A stretch of 64,000 nucleotides of DNA from NCBI GenBank assembly GCA_050239825.1, contig JBFXGO010000001.1, positions 64,001-128,000 on the forward strand. Reading direction: 5' to 3'. Under the pieces are notes generated by a model that saw nothing but the letters and a program-made list of their open reading frames with translations, had not been told where the DNA came from and did no database searches. How positions within the stretch are numbered: position 1 is the stretch's first letter; the number at the start of each line of letters is the position of its first letter. Source of the stretch: a bacterium (GTDB taxonomy: Bacteria > Hydrothermota > 32-111). This document shows, piece by piece, positions 28,171 to 38,549 of this stretch. The position numbers were made by a program, and so were the translations under genes.

Positions 28171-28904
28171 TAATGAAGTTGAATGACAGACTGATAATCC
28201 CGCTTGATGTTGAGAAGTTGAGCGATGCTGAGAAGATTGTCCGTGAGCTTGAAGATTCCATAACCACTTACAAGGTGGGTCTTCAGCTGTACACAAGGGA
28301 AGGAAAAAAAGTAATTGAGATGCTTAAAAAATACGACAAATCTATTTTCCTTGACCTTAAGTTCCACGACATACCGAATACAGTAATGGGAGCAGTCAAA
28401 TCAGCGCTCGACCTTGGAGTCGACATGATGACAATTCACGCGATGGGCGGATTCGACATGATGGAGGGTGTTGCAAAGATGCTCTGGCAGAGAAAGAATG
28501 ACGGAAAACACACCCCCATAATTTTTGCCGTGACATTGCTGACATCTCTTGATTCGGCATTTCTTATGGATGTGATAGGCACTACGAATAGAACTGTGGA
28601 CGATGAGGTTGTCATACTCGCAGGCGCGGCGCAGTCTGCAGGTATAGCCGGAGTTGTGGCATCGCCTCAGGAGATAAAAAGCATCAGAAAGAAATATGGA
28701 AAAGAGCTTCTCATTCTGACACCGGGAATAAGACCGGCCGGAAGCGATAAAAATGACCAGCAGAGGACAGCCACTCCATTTTCTGCAATGAAGGATGGTG
28801 CGGATTTTATAGTGGTAGGCAGACCGATTCTTCAGGCAGAAGATAAGATAAAAGCTGTAAAAAACATACTAAGGGAGATGAAGGATGGACTTAAAGACTC
28901 TTGA
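28167..28904 (+). CDS. pyrF: Orotidine-5'-phosphate decarboxylase
   Basis: FLDLKFHDIPNTV, TPGIRP, DQQR, VVGRPI. Confidence 0.96.
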   Translation: MIMKLNDRLIIPLDVEKLSDAEKIVRELEDSITTYKVGLQLYTREGKKVIEMLKKYDKSIFLDLKFHDIPNTVMGAVKSALDLGVDMMTIHAMGGFDMMEGVAKMLWQRKNDGKHTPIIFAVTLLTSLDSAFLMDVIGTTNRTVDDEVVILAGAAQSAGIAGVVASPQEIKSIRKKYGKELLILTPGIRPAGSDKNDQQRTATPFSAMKDGADFIVVGRPILQAEDKIKAVKNILREMKDGLKDS

Positions 28905-29439
28905 AAAAGAGAATGTAATATTGAAGGGGCATTTCCTTCTGACAAGCGGGCTTCACTCTGACACCTATTTTGAGAAGTTCAGGCTTCTCGAAAATCCGAA
29001 GATTCTTGTTGAACTTGTCTCCAATGCGATAAAAAAAATGACATTCAGGGATATTGACTATGTGCTCGGACCGACCGTAGGAGGAATAGTCGTTGCTTAT
29101 GAATTTGCGCGCCAGCTAAAATGCAGGGCGGCGTATCTTGAAAAACGCGAAGACAAAATGGGTTTGTACAGGCAGACTCCGGTTTCGTCAAGTCACAGGC
29201 TTCTTTTAGTGGATGATGTTCTTACAACAGGAAAATCAATACATCAGATGATAGATGCGGTGAATGAAATGAAAGGAAACATAAAGGGAATAGCAGTTCT
29301 GATAGACAGAAGCAGAGACTCTAAATTCGACTGGCCTCTGTTTAGCGCCATGGCAGTTGAAGCAGAGATTTATGCACCGGAATCATGCAAACTGTGCGAC
29401 AAGAAAATTCCCATCGTGCGTCCCGGCGGAAAAAGATAA
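28885..29439 (+). CDS. pyrE: Orotate phosphoribosyltransferase
   Basis: GHFLLTSGLHS..Y, LVDDVLTTGKS; pyr operon context. Confidence 0.95.
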   Translation: MDLKTLEKENVILKGHFLLTSGLHSDTYFEKFRLLENPKILVELVSNAIKKMTFRDIDYVLGPTVGGIVVAYEFARQLKCRAAYLEKREDKMGLYRQTPVSSSHRLLLVDDVLTTGKSIHQMIDAVNEMKGNIKGIAVLIDRSRDSKFDWPLFSAMAVEAEIYAPESCKLCDKKIPIVRPGGKR

Positions 29440-29460
29440 AAATCAAAAAGGAGGATATAA

Positions 29461-30210
29461 ATGTCAGGACACAATAAGTGGAGCACAATCAAGAGAAAGA
29501 AGGCAGTGGAAGACAACAAGAGAGGCGCCATCTTTACAAAACTCATAAAGGAAATCACTCTTGCGGCAAGAGACGGCGGCGGAGACATTGAGAGCAACGC
29601 CAGACTCAGAGCGGCAGTAGCTTCGGCAAAGAAAGCCAACATGCCTGCGGACAATGTCGAGAGGGCAATAAAGAAGGGCACAGGAGAGCTTCCCGGCGTC
29701 ATTTATGAAGAGGTTACATACGGAGGCTATGGAGCAGGCGGAGCGGCCATTTTAGTTGATGTGGTCACAGATAACAAGAACAGAGCCACAAGCGAGATAC
29801 GTCACATATTCTCAAGATACGGGCGTGAGCTCGGCGATGTGAGCTCTGTTGCATGGATGTTCGACAGAAAGGGTCTCATAGAAGTCGACGGCACCAAGCA
29901 CAAGTTTGATGATATTCTGGAAGTCGCGATAGACGCAGGCGCCGAGGATGTTGTTGACGGCGGAGAAGTTATAAACATATATACGGCTCCCGAAGCCCTT
30001 TACAAGGTTAAAAAGATGCTGGATGAAAAGAAGATAGAATCTCATTCGGCAAATCTCACAAAGAAAGCCCAGTCCCTTGTTATTCTAAGCGAGAGCGATG
30101 CTTCAGTCATGATACGGCTAATGGATGCTCTTGAAGAGAATGATGATGTGCAGAATGTTTATTCAAACTTTGATGTGTCCGATGATGTTGCGGAGAAGCT
30201 CTCAAAGTGA
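29461..30210 (+). CDS. yebC: YebC/PmpR family protein
   Basis: MSGHNKWSTIKRKK, TDNKNR, DDVQNVYSN; precedes ruvCAB. Confidence 0.96.
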   Translation: MSGHNKWSTIKRKKAVEDNKRGAIFTKLIKEITLAARDGGGDIESNARLRAAVASAKKANMPADNVERAIKKGTGELPGVIYEEVTYGGYGAGGAAILVDVVTDNKNRATSEIRHIFSRYGRELGDVSSVAWMFDRKGLIEVDGTKHKFDDILEVAIDAGAEDVVDGGEVINIYTAPEALYKVKKMLDEKKIESHSANLTKKAQSLVILSESDASVMIRLMDALEENDDVQNVYSNFDVSDDVAEKLSK

Positions 30211-30665
30211 ATATAATCGGTTTTGACCCGAGCTTGAGGCAGACCGGATATGCCATTGTTGACGCGGAAAAGCAGAAGATTATAACTGCGGGAGTCATAA
30301 AGACAAATTCCGAAAAGGACCTCAATGAGAGAATCTTTGAGATATTCAGGAATGCCGGAGAAATTCTTGAAAAACATAATGTCTCCCACTCGGCTTTTGA
30401 AGAATCATTTTACCATAAAAATGTGCGCACCTCCAACATTCTCTCTCAGGTGAGAACCGCGCTTATCATCAGCTGTATGGAGCGGGGGCTTACCATCTCG
30501 GTCTTCTCCCCCAACAATATAAAAAAATGCGTCACAGGAAGAGGACACGCCTCAAAAGAGCAGGTTCTCTACATGATAAAACAGATATTTAAAATAACCG
30601 AGGATGTGCCTGACGATGTCTCGGATGCTCTTGCCATCGCATACACATTCCTTGCGAGGTCATAA
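30207..30665 (+). CDS. ruvC: Holliday junction resolvase
   Basis: IGFDPS..TGY, AFEE.FY, IKK.VTG.G.A.KEQV, DDVSDALAIA. Confidence 0.95.
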   Translation: MNIIGFDPSLRQTGYAIVDAEKQKIITAGVIKTNSEKDLNERIFEIFRNAGEILEKHNVSHSAFEESFYHKNVRTSNILSQVRTALIISCMERGLTISVFSPNNIKKCVTGRGHASKEQVLYMIKQIFKITEDVPDDVSDALAIAYTFLARS

Positions 30666-31225
30666 TGAACTCATTCATAAAGGGAACCCTTGTTCAGAAA
30701 ACCTTCTCATATATTGTGATTGAAAACAACGGAATAGGCTATATGATGAGAATTTCCCTCTCTTCTTATGACAAACTTCCGCCGACCGGCGAGGATGCAA
30801 TGCTACTAACATTCCTGTCGATAAAAAACGAAGAGGTGTCAATCTACGGTTTTTCTGATGAGAAGGAGAGGTCTCTTTTTTTAAAGCTTATTGATATACC
30901 CAAGATCGGCCCAAAGACTGCGCTTTCTATTTTCAATGCGATGACTCCTGAGGATTTTGAGGGATTTGTATTAATGAGAAACAGCGCATCAATCGCAAAG
31001 GCAAAGGGCATAAGCAGAAAGACGGCTGAAACGATAGTTCTGGAGCTTTCAGGAAAAATATCTGCTGATGGAGCGCGGATTGCCAATGACGCATACGATG
31101 CGCTTCTGGCATTGGGATTCACGGTCAAGGATATTGATGCGGTAATCAAAGATGTTATGGATTCTGTTGAAGACAAGACTGACACTGAAAACATTGTCAA
31201 AGAAGCATTGAAGAGGCTCAGATGA
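30665..31225 (+). CDS. ruvA: Holliday junction branch migration protein
   Basis: GIGY, IYGF...ER.LF..L, IGPKTAL, KTAETIVLEL, ALLALGF. Confidence 0.94.
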   Translation: MNSFIKGTLVQKTFSYIVIENNGIGYMMRISLSSYDKLPPTGEDAMLLTFLSIKNEEVSIYGFSDEKERSLFLKLIDIPKIGPKTALSIFNAMTPEDFEGFVLMRNSASIAKAKGISRKTAETIVLELSGKISADGARIANDAYDALLALGFTVKDIDAVIKDVMDSVEDKTDTENIVKEALKRLR

Positions 31226-32232
31226 ACAAAGAGATAATCACATCCTCAAAACTGATGGAGGATGCGGAGATAGAGGAATCCCTAAGACCGAAGAAACTTA
31301 GTAATTTTGTCGGTCAGAGCCGTTTAAAAGAGAATCTCGAAATAGCTATAGAATCCGCAAAAAGGAGAGATGACATTCTCGACCACATCCTTTTTTTCGG
31401 TCCTCCCGGTTTGGGAAAGACAACTCTTTCATACATTGTGGCAAATGAAATGAATGTAAAAATATACTCAACAAGCGGCCCTGTGCTTGAACGGCCTGGC
31501 GACCTTGCCGGAGTGCTTACAAAGCTTGAGAAGGGAGATATACTTTTCATAGATGAAATTCACAGGATAAACAGGGTGGTTGAAGAGTATCTTTATCCTG
31601 CAATGGAGGATTTTGCCATAGACATTCTTATTGATTCCGGTCCCTCTGCGAGGAGCGTCAAGCTGAAGCTGAAACCATTCACACTCATAGGCGCAACGAC
31701 AAGAAGCGGTCTTTTGACTGCTCCCATGAGGTCCAGATTCGGCATGTCGACCCGTCTTGACTTTTACAATGATTCGGATATTGCCGAGATTCTTAAACGG
31801 TCAGCAAAGATACTGAAAATTGAGTCGGATGAAGACGGATTTTTTGAAATAGCAAAAAGGTCCCGCGGGACTCCGAGAATCGCCAATCGTCTTTTAAAGA
31901 GAGTAAGAGACTATGCCGTGGTAAAGTCCGACGGAACAATAAACAAAGAGAAGGCAGAAAAGGCAATGGAGACCCTTGATGTTGACTCCCTCGGGCTCGA
32001 TGATATGAGCGTCTTGATACTAAAGACAGTAATCGAAAAATACGATGGAGGTCCGGTGGGGGTCTCCACTCTCGCCATATCCATAGGAGAGACATCCGAA
32101 ACGATAGAGGAGGTTTACGAGCCCTTTCTTATTATGAAAGGACTTATGAAGAGAACTCAGAGAGGAAGAGTCGCGACAAAACTGGCTTATGACCACCTCG
32201 GCATCAAGAGAGAGGGTCAGCTCTTCGAATAA
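31222..32232 (+). CDS. ruvB: Holliday junction branch migration ATPase
   Basis: SLRP, GPPGLGKTT, LFIDEIHR, LYPAMEDF, SRGTPRIANRLL.RVRD. Confidence 0.98.
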   Translation: MNKEIITSSKLMEDAEIEESLRPKKLSNFVGQSRLKENLEIAIESAKRRDDILDHILFFGPPGLGKTTLSYIVANEMNVKIYSTSGPVLERPGDLAGVLTKLEKGDILFIDEIHRINRVVEEYLYPAMEDFAIDILIDSGPSARSVKLKLKPFTLIGATTRSGLLTAPMRSRFGMSTRLDFYNDSDIAEILKRSAKILKIESDEDGFFEIAKRSRGTPRIANRLLKRVRDYAVVKSDGTINKEKAEKAMETLDVDSLGLDDMSVLILKTVIEKYDGGPVGVSTLAISIGETSETIEEVYEPFLIMKGLMKRTQRGRVATKLAYDHLGIKREGQLFE

Positions 32233-33254
32233 TGCCGCACCTGAAGGATTTTGATTATAAACTGCCAAACGAGCTCATTGCATACTCGCCAAAAGAGAGG
32301 GGAGAGAGCCGACTTTTGATAGTGGAAAGAAAGAGCGGATCTTTTAAGGAATCCGTGACAAGAGAGATCCCCTCGATTATAGAGTATCCTGCAGTTGTGG
32401 CGAGAAACATCACCAAAGTTGTCAAAACGAGATTCTACGGACAAAGAGAGAGCGGAGGCAGAATTGAGTTTCTTGTCTTAAATCCGTACCAGAGTTCAAA
32501 TGAATATTCATCACTCATAAAACGGTCGTCGAAACTGAAAATAGGCGATGCACTGCAGATAGCACCCGATGCAAAGGTTGAAATAATCGGAAGAGAGAGT
32601 AGCGTGTGGAGAATAAGAATAGAGACAAAGATGAGCAGTGCACAATTTTTTGAAAAATACGGGCATACGCCGCTTCCTCCCTACATAAAGAGAGCTGACG
32701 AGAGAATTGATGAAGAGAGCTATCAGACAGTCTATGCTTCGATTGATGGGTCTGCGGCCGCTCCTACGGCAGGGCTTCATTTTTCGGATAGCATGATTGA
32801 AGAAATCCGGAAAAGGGGGGGAGATTTTGCAGACATAATCCTTCATGTGGGACTCGGAACATTTGAGAGCGTGAAGGAGGAGGATGTAAGTAAGCACAAA
32901 ATGCACTCAGAATACTTCTCTGTGACAAAGAGCGCCGCTGAGAAGCTTAACAGAGCCAAGGTAAAGAATCAAAAAATTGTTTCAATAGGCACCACAACTC
33001 TGAGGGTGCTTGAAACAGTATTCAGCGAGTCGAAATTTTCAGAACAAAATGGAATGACCGACATTTTCATTTATCCACCCTACAAAATAGAGAGCGCCGA
33101 CATTCTGCTCACCAATTTTCATCTTCCGCAATCAACCCTTTTGATGCTTGTCTCGGCATTCGCCGGTAGAGAACTAATACTCGACGCATATAATTATGCA
33201 ATAGAACGAAGATTCAGATTCTTCTCATACGGGGATGCGATGCTTATATTATGA
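32232..33254 (+). CDS. queA: S-adenosylmethionine:tRNA ribosyltransferase-isomerase
   Basis: FDY.LP.ELIA, PLPPYIKR, YQTVYA, AAPTAGLHF, TNFHLP.STL, FFSYGDAM. Confidence 0.97.
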   Translation: MPHLKDFDYKLPNELIAYSPKERGESRLLIVERKSGSFKESVTREIPSIIEYPAVVARNITKVVKTRFYGQRESGGRIEFLVLNPYQSSNEYSSLIKRSSKLKIGDALQIAPDAKVEIIGRESSVWRIRIETKMSSAQFFEKYGHTPLPPYIKRADERIDEESYQTVYASIDGSAAAPTAGLHFSDSMIEEIRKRGGDFADIILHVGLGTFESVKEEDVSKHKMHSEYFSVTKSAAEKLNRAKVKNQKIVSIGTTTLRVLETVFSESKFSEQNGMTDIFIYPPYKIESADILLTNFHLPQSTLLMLVSAFAGRELILDAYNYAIERRFRFFSYGDAMLIL

Positions 33255-34315
33255 ATATTTTCAAGATAAAAAAATCATCAGGAAAGAAGAGGCGCGGAGT
33301 GATAGAGACCGCGCATGGAACTGTGGAGACACCCAATCTTATGGTTGTGGCAACTCAGGGCTCTGTCAAAGCCGTCTCGGCAGTAGACCTTAGGGAATGG
33401 GGAAGCGAATTCATAATAGCAAATACATACCATCTCTATCTTAGACCCGGGCTTGAGATTCTTAATGAAGCCGGCGGTCTTCACAGGTTTATGAATTGGG
33501 ATAAAACAATTTTTACAGATTCAGGAGGATTTCAGGTATTCTCTCTCTCAAAACTAAGAAAATTCAAAGATGACGGCATAATATTTCAGTCCCACATTGA
33601 CGGGTCATACCATACATTCACTCCGGAAAACAATGTGAGGATGCAGAGGTCGATAGGAGGAGATGTGATGATGGTGCTTGATGAGTGTATGGAGTTCCCT
33701 GTCACTCACGCCTATGCGAAACATTCTGTGGAGCGAACTGTAAAGTGGGCTGAGAGGGCGCGCAGGGAGTTTGAGGAAAGTTCTCCTCTCTACGGCTATA
33801 ATCAGAGTCAGTTCGGCATTATCCAGGGGTCTACATTTCACGACCTAAGAAAAATGTGCGCCGAAAAACTATCTGAGATTGATTTTGAAGGTTATGCAAT
33901 GGGCGGTGTCGCAATTGGAGAATCGAAAGACTACATCAGGAAGGTTATAGACATGGCTGATGAGATAATGCCGAGAGAAAAATGCAGATATCTCATGGGA
34001 GTCGGAGAGGAGGATGATGTAAGATATGCTGTGGAAAACGGGTTTGATATTTTTGATTGCGTCATTCCTACGAGGAATGCGAGGAACGGGGCTTTATTCA
34101 CGAAGAACGGAAGGATGCTGATAAAGAATGCAAAATTCAAAAAGGATTTTGCTCCGGTGGAAGAGGGGTGCGATTGCCATCTTTGCAGAAATTATTCAAG
34201 GTCATATCTGCATCATCTGTTCAAAGCGGGAGAGATGCTTGGAGGGATTCTTGCGACAGAGCATAATGTAAATTATTATCTGCGTCTTATGAAAGAGATA
34301 AGGGATTCTATTTGA
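33251..34315 (+). CDS. tgt: tRNA-guanine transglycosylase
   Basis: NTYHLYLRPG, TDSGGFQVFSL, RYLMGVG, DCVIPTRNARNG, C.C..C zinc site. Confidence 0.97.
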   Translation: MNIFKIKKSSGKKRRGVIETAHGTVETPNLMVVATQGSVKAVSAVDLREWGSEFIIANTYHLYLRPGLEILNEAGGLHRFMNWDKTIFTDSGGFQVFSLSKLRKFKDDGIIFQSHIDGSYHTFTPENNVRMQRSIGGDVMMVLDECMEFPVTHAYAKHSVERTVKWAERARREFEESSPLYGYNQSQFGIIQGSTFHDLRKMCAEKLSEIDFEGYAMGGVAIGESKDYIRKVIDMADEIMPREKCRYLMGVGEEDDVRYAVENGFDIFDCVIPTRNARNGALFTKNGRMLIKNAKFKKDFAPVEEGCDCHLCRNYSRSYLHHLFKAGEMLGGILATEHNVNYYLRLMKEIRDSI

Positions 34316-34339
34316 GAAAAGATTATTATTTGTTATTCG

Positions 34340-35370
34340 CTGATGGCAGGCGTAGCGTCGGCTCGCACACTCCGCTTCGCCGCTTTATCAAGATGGGATA
34401 GCGGAGCAAGGAGAGAACCACTTGATGGGCGTCTGCGCGGAGCGTCCTCGCCGACTTGTAGCTTTCACTTTCAATAAGTTAATTAATTGAATGAATCTTC
34501 TAAAACCATTGGCGCGGGTGTAATGTGCGCGAACGTCCATGATAGAAAGAACGGGTTGCACCAGAAGTTTTAGAAGATTACTGAAAAGACTAAATATTAA
34601 TCAACTCCCCGTATTAAGCTCATGGCACACGGCACACGGCTCAGGGCTGATTTAGTGGCTGCACGCGGGCATAGCATCGGCTCGCACACTCCGCTTCGCC
34701 GCTATATCAAGATGGGATAGCGGAGCAAGGGGAGAACCACTTGATGGGCGTCTGCGCGGAGCGTCCTCGCCGACTTGTAGCTTTCACTTTCAATAAGTTA
34801 TTTAATTGATTGAATCTTCTAAAACCATTGGCGCGGGTGTAATGTGCGCGAACGTCCATGATAGAGGTATCGGGTTGCACCAGAAGTTTTAGAAGATTAC
34901 TGTAAAGAATAAATATTAATCAGCTCCACGTATTGTATTTAAACTCGCAACTCGTAACCCGTAACTCGAAACTGAATTATCTTTTAATATTGATGACTGC
35001 ACTGGAATTTTTCCTCGGAACTGTAAAGGCAAGTCATTTACTCATCTCTCCGTATTTTGCTCATGGCACATGGCTCAAGGCTCAGGGCTGATTTTGGGGG
35101 CTGCTGGCAGGCGTGCGTCAGCTCACACACTCCGCTTCGCCGCTTTATCAAGATGGGATAGCGGAGCAAGGGGTCGCCCACTTGATGGGCGTCTTCGCGG
35201 AGCGTCCTCGCCGACTTGTAGCTTTCACTTTCAATAAGAACCTGTTGTGGGGACACACCGAAGGAATGTCCCCAAACATTGAATAGCAGTGCGGAGATGC
35301 ACTGGAATTTTTCCTCGGAACTGTAAAGCCAAGTCATTTACTTAATTCTCCGTATTATGTTTAAACTCGT
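34340..35370. repeat. Mosaic palindromic repeat array II (core copies at 34352, 34671, 35113)
   Basis: Same 110-111-bp core and AT-rich linkers as array I, same orientation; 86-bp module at 34494 and 34813; heptamer runs (ggcacac; ctcgtaa). Confidence 0.95.
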
Positions 35371-35490
35371 ATTCAGCACCTCTTTGCCTTTTAACCTTTT
35401 TACTTTTTTTACCCAGTACATATTATATTGTAATTGTAATTTAGAGACATTATCTATTGACTCTGATTCATTTTATTGTAAAATTAAAAT

Positions 35491-37170
35491 ATGAAGAGAT
35501 TGAATGAAAAGAATTTTTTTATTATTTTTCTACTTATATGTTTCATAATTCTTACGCTGATAGGCATTGCGCATTTGATATCAGTCTATTATGTCAATAA
35601 TACTATTTATGAAAACCACAGAAATCTCACAGAAAGACTCTTAAAGACAGCAGAAAACGGAATAACCTATTACATAAATGAAATTCAAAATGACATGACT
35701 GTCTTATCAAAGGCTGAGGATATAAAGTATTTCAGCAGGGGGGGAGAGAATCATGTGGAGCAATTTCAGCAGAGCAACAAAGATATATACACGAATGTGT
35801 CAAGATTGGATAAGTATGGCAAATTAAAGTATACTTTTCCAAAGAATCCCGCGTCACTGGGAAAGGACCTGCTTTTTCAGGAACACAACAAAAAGCTCTT
35901 TGAAGAAAAAATAGCTGTTATATCAAGGCCATTCATGGCTGTTCAGGGATATAAAGCCATAGCAATTGCCATTCCGGTTTTTCAGGGAGATTCTTTTGAC
36001 GGGTGTATTTCCGGACTAATTCCTTTTGACAGAATGTGGGAGCTGTATGTGAAGCATATAAAACCCACGGATAATTCTTTTGTCATACTTGCAAATCAAG
36101 AGGGAGGCATAATATATTCACCTGAATATATGTGCCAGTATGACAATGTCAGGCAGATGATGGATATATTCAGATTTGACGATTCTCTGTCATTTGATAC
36201 GACATCGGACTATGCTCTTCAAAGAATTTCCGTTATTAAAGACCAAAACAACAAGCTTAAAAACAGCAGGTACTCTCTTATAAAATCCTCTCTCAGAATA
36301 GGAGACGACATCTGGTATCTGCTTGTTTACACGCCTGACAATGACATAAAATCTATATATCAGCTTGTCTTTAAGAGCCAAACTGTCTTTGCCTACCTGA
36401 TAATTTTCCTGCTCGTTTTTACTGCCATTTCATTTATCAAGATACTAAATCAAAGGATCGAAGAGAAGAACAAACTGGTGCAGGAGATTTTTGAGGAGAA
36501 GCGTTTCTCAGAGGGAGAGAAGGAGTTTCTTGAAAATATCATAAAATCAATAATAAAAGTCAACGGACTCTATCTATTTGTTCTGAAATCATCGGGAGAA
36601 ATTGTCTTTCACAATCAGCAGGTTCTTGATGCTAAAAACTTCTACGAACTGACTGATTCCGCAAAAAAGAAGCATGTAAAGGAGTCCTTTGATTTTATTT
36701 ACGAAAAGAACAGAGTGACTGCCATGATGATAGAGTTGGAGCTCTCTTCAAAGTATATAAATATTCTTTTCAACATTTCATCATTCACATTTAAGGAGGA
36801 GAGGTTCATTGTTCTTATGGGATTTGAATATTCAAAAATAAAGGATGTAAGCATAATTTCGGACATTTTTGCAGATTCTTTCAAGAAATGGTATACCAAT
36901 GATAAGATGCTCTGCTTCATTGAAAGTTCGGGCAGGATTATCGCGGCGAACAGGATGTTTCAGAGGAGGTTTAACAGCCCCGAGTCGATTCTGTCGATAA
37001 AGAACTCCGATGAAAATCCACCTCTGGAAAAGGTTATAGCTGAAGTGTATGAGAATGTGAACGAGGTTGTGATTGACCTGCGGCTTGACGGGAATAACAA
37101 TAAAATGACCCTCATACCCATTGTAAACGAATTCCTCAAAGTGGAATACATAGCCGTAGAGATAAGCTGA
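35491..37170 (+). CDS. Membrane sensor with dCache-like extracytoplasmic domain and PAS-like cytoplasmic region, no output domain seen
   Basis: TM - LGKDLLFQEH..VISRPFMAVQGYKAIAIAIPVF - TM; cytoplasmic GEIVFHN and GRIIAAN PAS-like starts; no H-box or GGDEF. Confidence 0.65.
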   Translation: MKRLNEKNFFIIFLLICFIILTLIGIAHLISVYYVNNTIYENHRNLTERLLKTAENGITYYINEIQNDMTVLSKAEDIKYFSRGGENHVEQFQQSNKDIYTNVSRLDKYGKLKYTFPKNPASLGKDLLFQEHNKKLFEEKIAVISRPFMAVQGYKAIAIAIPVFQGDSFDGCISGLIPFDRMWELYVKHIKPTDNSFVILANQEGGIIYSPEYMCQYDNVRQMMDIFRFDDSLSFDTTSDYALQRISVIKDQNNKLKNSRYSLIKSSLRIGDDIWYLLVYTPDNDIKSIYQLVFKSQTVFAYLIIFLLVFTAISFIKILNQRIEEKNKLVQEIFEEKRFSEGEKEFLENIIKSIIKVNGLYLFVLKSSGEIVFHNQQVLDAKNFYELTDSAKKKHVKESFDFIYEKNRVTAMMIELELSSKYINILFNISSFTFKEERFIVLMGFEYSKIKDVSIISDIFADSFKKWYTNDKMLCFIESSGRIIAANRMFQRRFNSPESILSIKNSDENPPLEKVIAEVYENVNEVVIDLRLDGNNNKMTLIPIVNEFLKVEYIAVEIS

Positions 37171-37172
37171 AT

Positions 37173-38189
37173 ATGAAGGGCGTCCTTATGGGTGTGTCCG
37201 GAGGAATCGACTCTCTCGCGGCATCGCTTTATTTCAAGGAGAACAAATACAATGTAATTCCGGCATATATAATTCTGACAGATATGCACTCTAATAAAGC
37301 TGACTCAGTTAGAAAGCTTTATGATTCATTTGGCATGAAAGTCGAAGTTAAGGATGAGCGCAGACTTTTCAAAGAGAAGGTAATCGACTACTTTTCAAAT
37401 GCGTATAGAGTGGGCATCACTCCGAACCCCTGTGCCATGTGCAACAGAATGATAAAATTCCCACTTCTAAAAAAATACTCTGAGGAATTTGAGTGCGACT
37501 TCTTTTCCACAGGGCACTATGTGAGAATTCTCAACAGAAGAATATTCAAAGCCAAAGACGAATCGAAAGACCAGTCGTATTTTTTGTCAACAGTAAAAAA
37601 GGAAGACCTTGATAAATTCATCAATACTCCTTTGGCAGATGCCAAAAAAAAGGATATCAGAGAAAGACTGATTGATAAGATTGAAATCACAGAGAAAGAA
37701 TCTCAGGAGATATGCTTCATAGACAACAATGATTATGCTGACTTCCTTGAAACTTATAGAGGGTTTAAGGAGCAGAGAGGCAGTTTCATAGATGATGAAG
37801 GAATGAAAATCGGAGAACATCGCGGATACTACAGGTACACTGTCGGAGAGAGAAGAAACCTCGGGATGGGATTTAACAGGAGAATGTATGTAAAGTCAGT
37901 TGACAGTGAAAAAAATGAAGTTCACTTGACTGACAGGGAGAATCTCAAGAGTAAGAGATTTTCCATTGAAATTATTGAGATGTTTGAAAAACTCTCGGAC
38001 AAAGAGTATTTAGTAAAAACAAGGTACAGGCAAAAAGAAGTTCCGGGCAGAGCCTCTTTGACAAGTGAAAATTCAGCGGATATAATTCTGAATGAAGATA
38101 TGGAGGCAATCACACCCGGCCAGATATGCGCAGTTTATGAAAAAGATATGGTTGTCGCATCGGGATTTATCACTAAAGAAACATGGTAA
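37173..38189 (+). CDS. mnmA: tRNA 2-thiouridylase
   Basis: SGGIDS, G.TPNPC..CN..IKF, TGHY, KDQSYFL, ESQEICFI, ITPGQ. Confidence 0.95.
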   Translation: MKGVLMGVSGGIDSLAASLYFKENKYNVIPAYIILTDMHSNKADSVRKLYDSFGMKVEVKDERRLFKEKVIDYFSNAYRVGITPNPCAMCNRMIKFPLLKKYSEEFECDFFSTGHYVRILNRRIFKAKDESKDQSYFLSTVKKEDLDKFINTPLADAKKKDIRERLIDKIEITEKESQEICFIDNNDYADFLETYRGFKEQRGSFIDDEGMKIGEHRGYYRYTVGERRNLGMGFNRRMYVKSVDSEKNEVHLTDRENLKSKRFSIEIIEMFEKLSDKEYLVKTRYRQKEVPGRASLTSENSADIILNEDMEAITPGQICAVYEKDMVVASGFITKETW

Positions 38190-38192
38190 GAA

Positions 38193-38273
38193 TGCCGGGG
38201 AAGGGACTTGAACCCTTACGGGAATCCCACACGCCCCTTAAACGTGCGCGTCTGCCAGTTTCGCCACCCCGGC
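38193..38273 (-). tRNA. tRNA-Leu, anticodon AAG (CCA not encoded)
   Basis: GCCGGGG/CCCCGGC+A acceptor; TGGCAGACGC D arm; anticodon stem CACGT/GCGTG with loop TT-AAG-GG; short variable stem; AAGGG-TTCAAGT-CCCTT T arm. Confidence 0.9.
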
Positions 38274-38285
38274 ATGTAAAAGAAG

Positions 38286-38358
<73 letters not shown>

Positions 38359-38549
38359 GTGAATTGAATATAATACATATTACCGAAAAAAAGTCAAGAG
38401 GAAACAAAAAAAAGAAACAGATTGTTCGTCAAAAACAAAACTTTTTTGTTTTGCTGTTTTCTCTTCATGTCGGCTTTTTCTTAATTAGGTATTGAAATAA
38501 TTATAATAATTATTATAATATAAAACTCAAATTACAAATTGGAGGTCTT

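Noticed and set aside
35038..35337. 99-aa minus-strand ORF across the repeat core, and the tail of ORF 10629-10910
   Set aside because: They read through non-coding palindromes, have no recognisable motif, and the flanking context differs between copies
38230..38247. Reading the tRNA-Leu anticodon as TAA
   Set aside because: Shifting the loop by one base leaves two mismatches in the anticodon stem, while the AAG register gives five pairs plus U33 and G37
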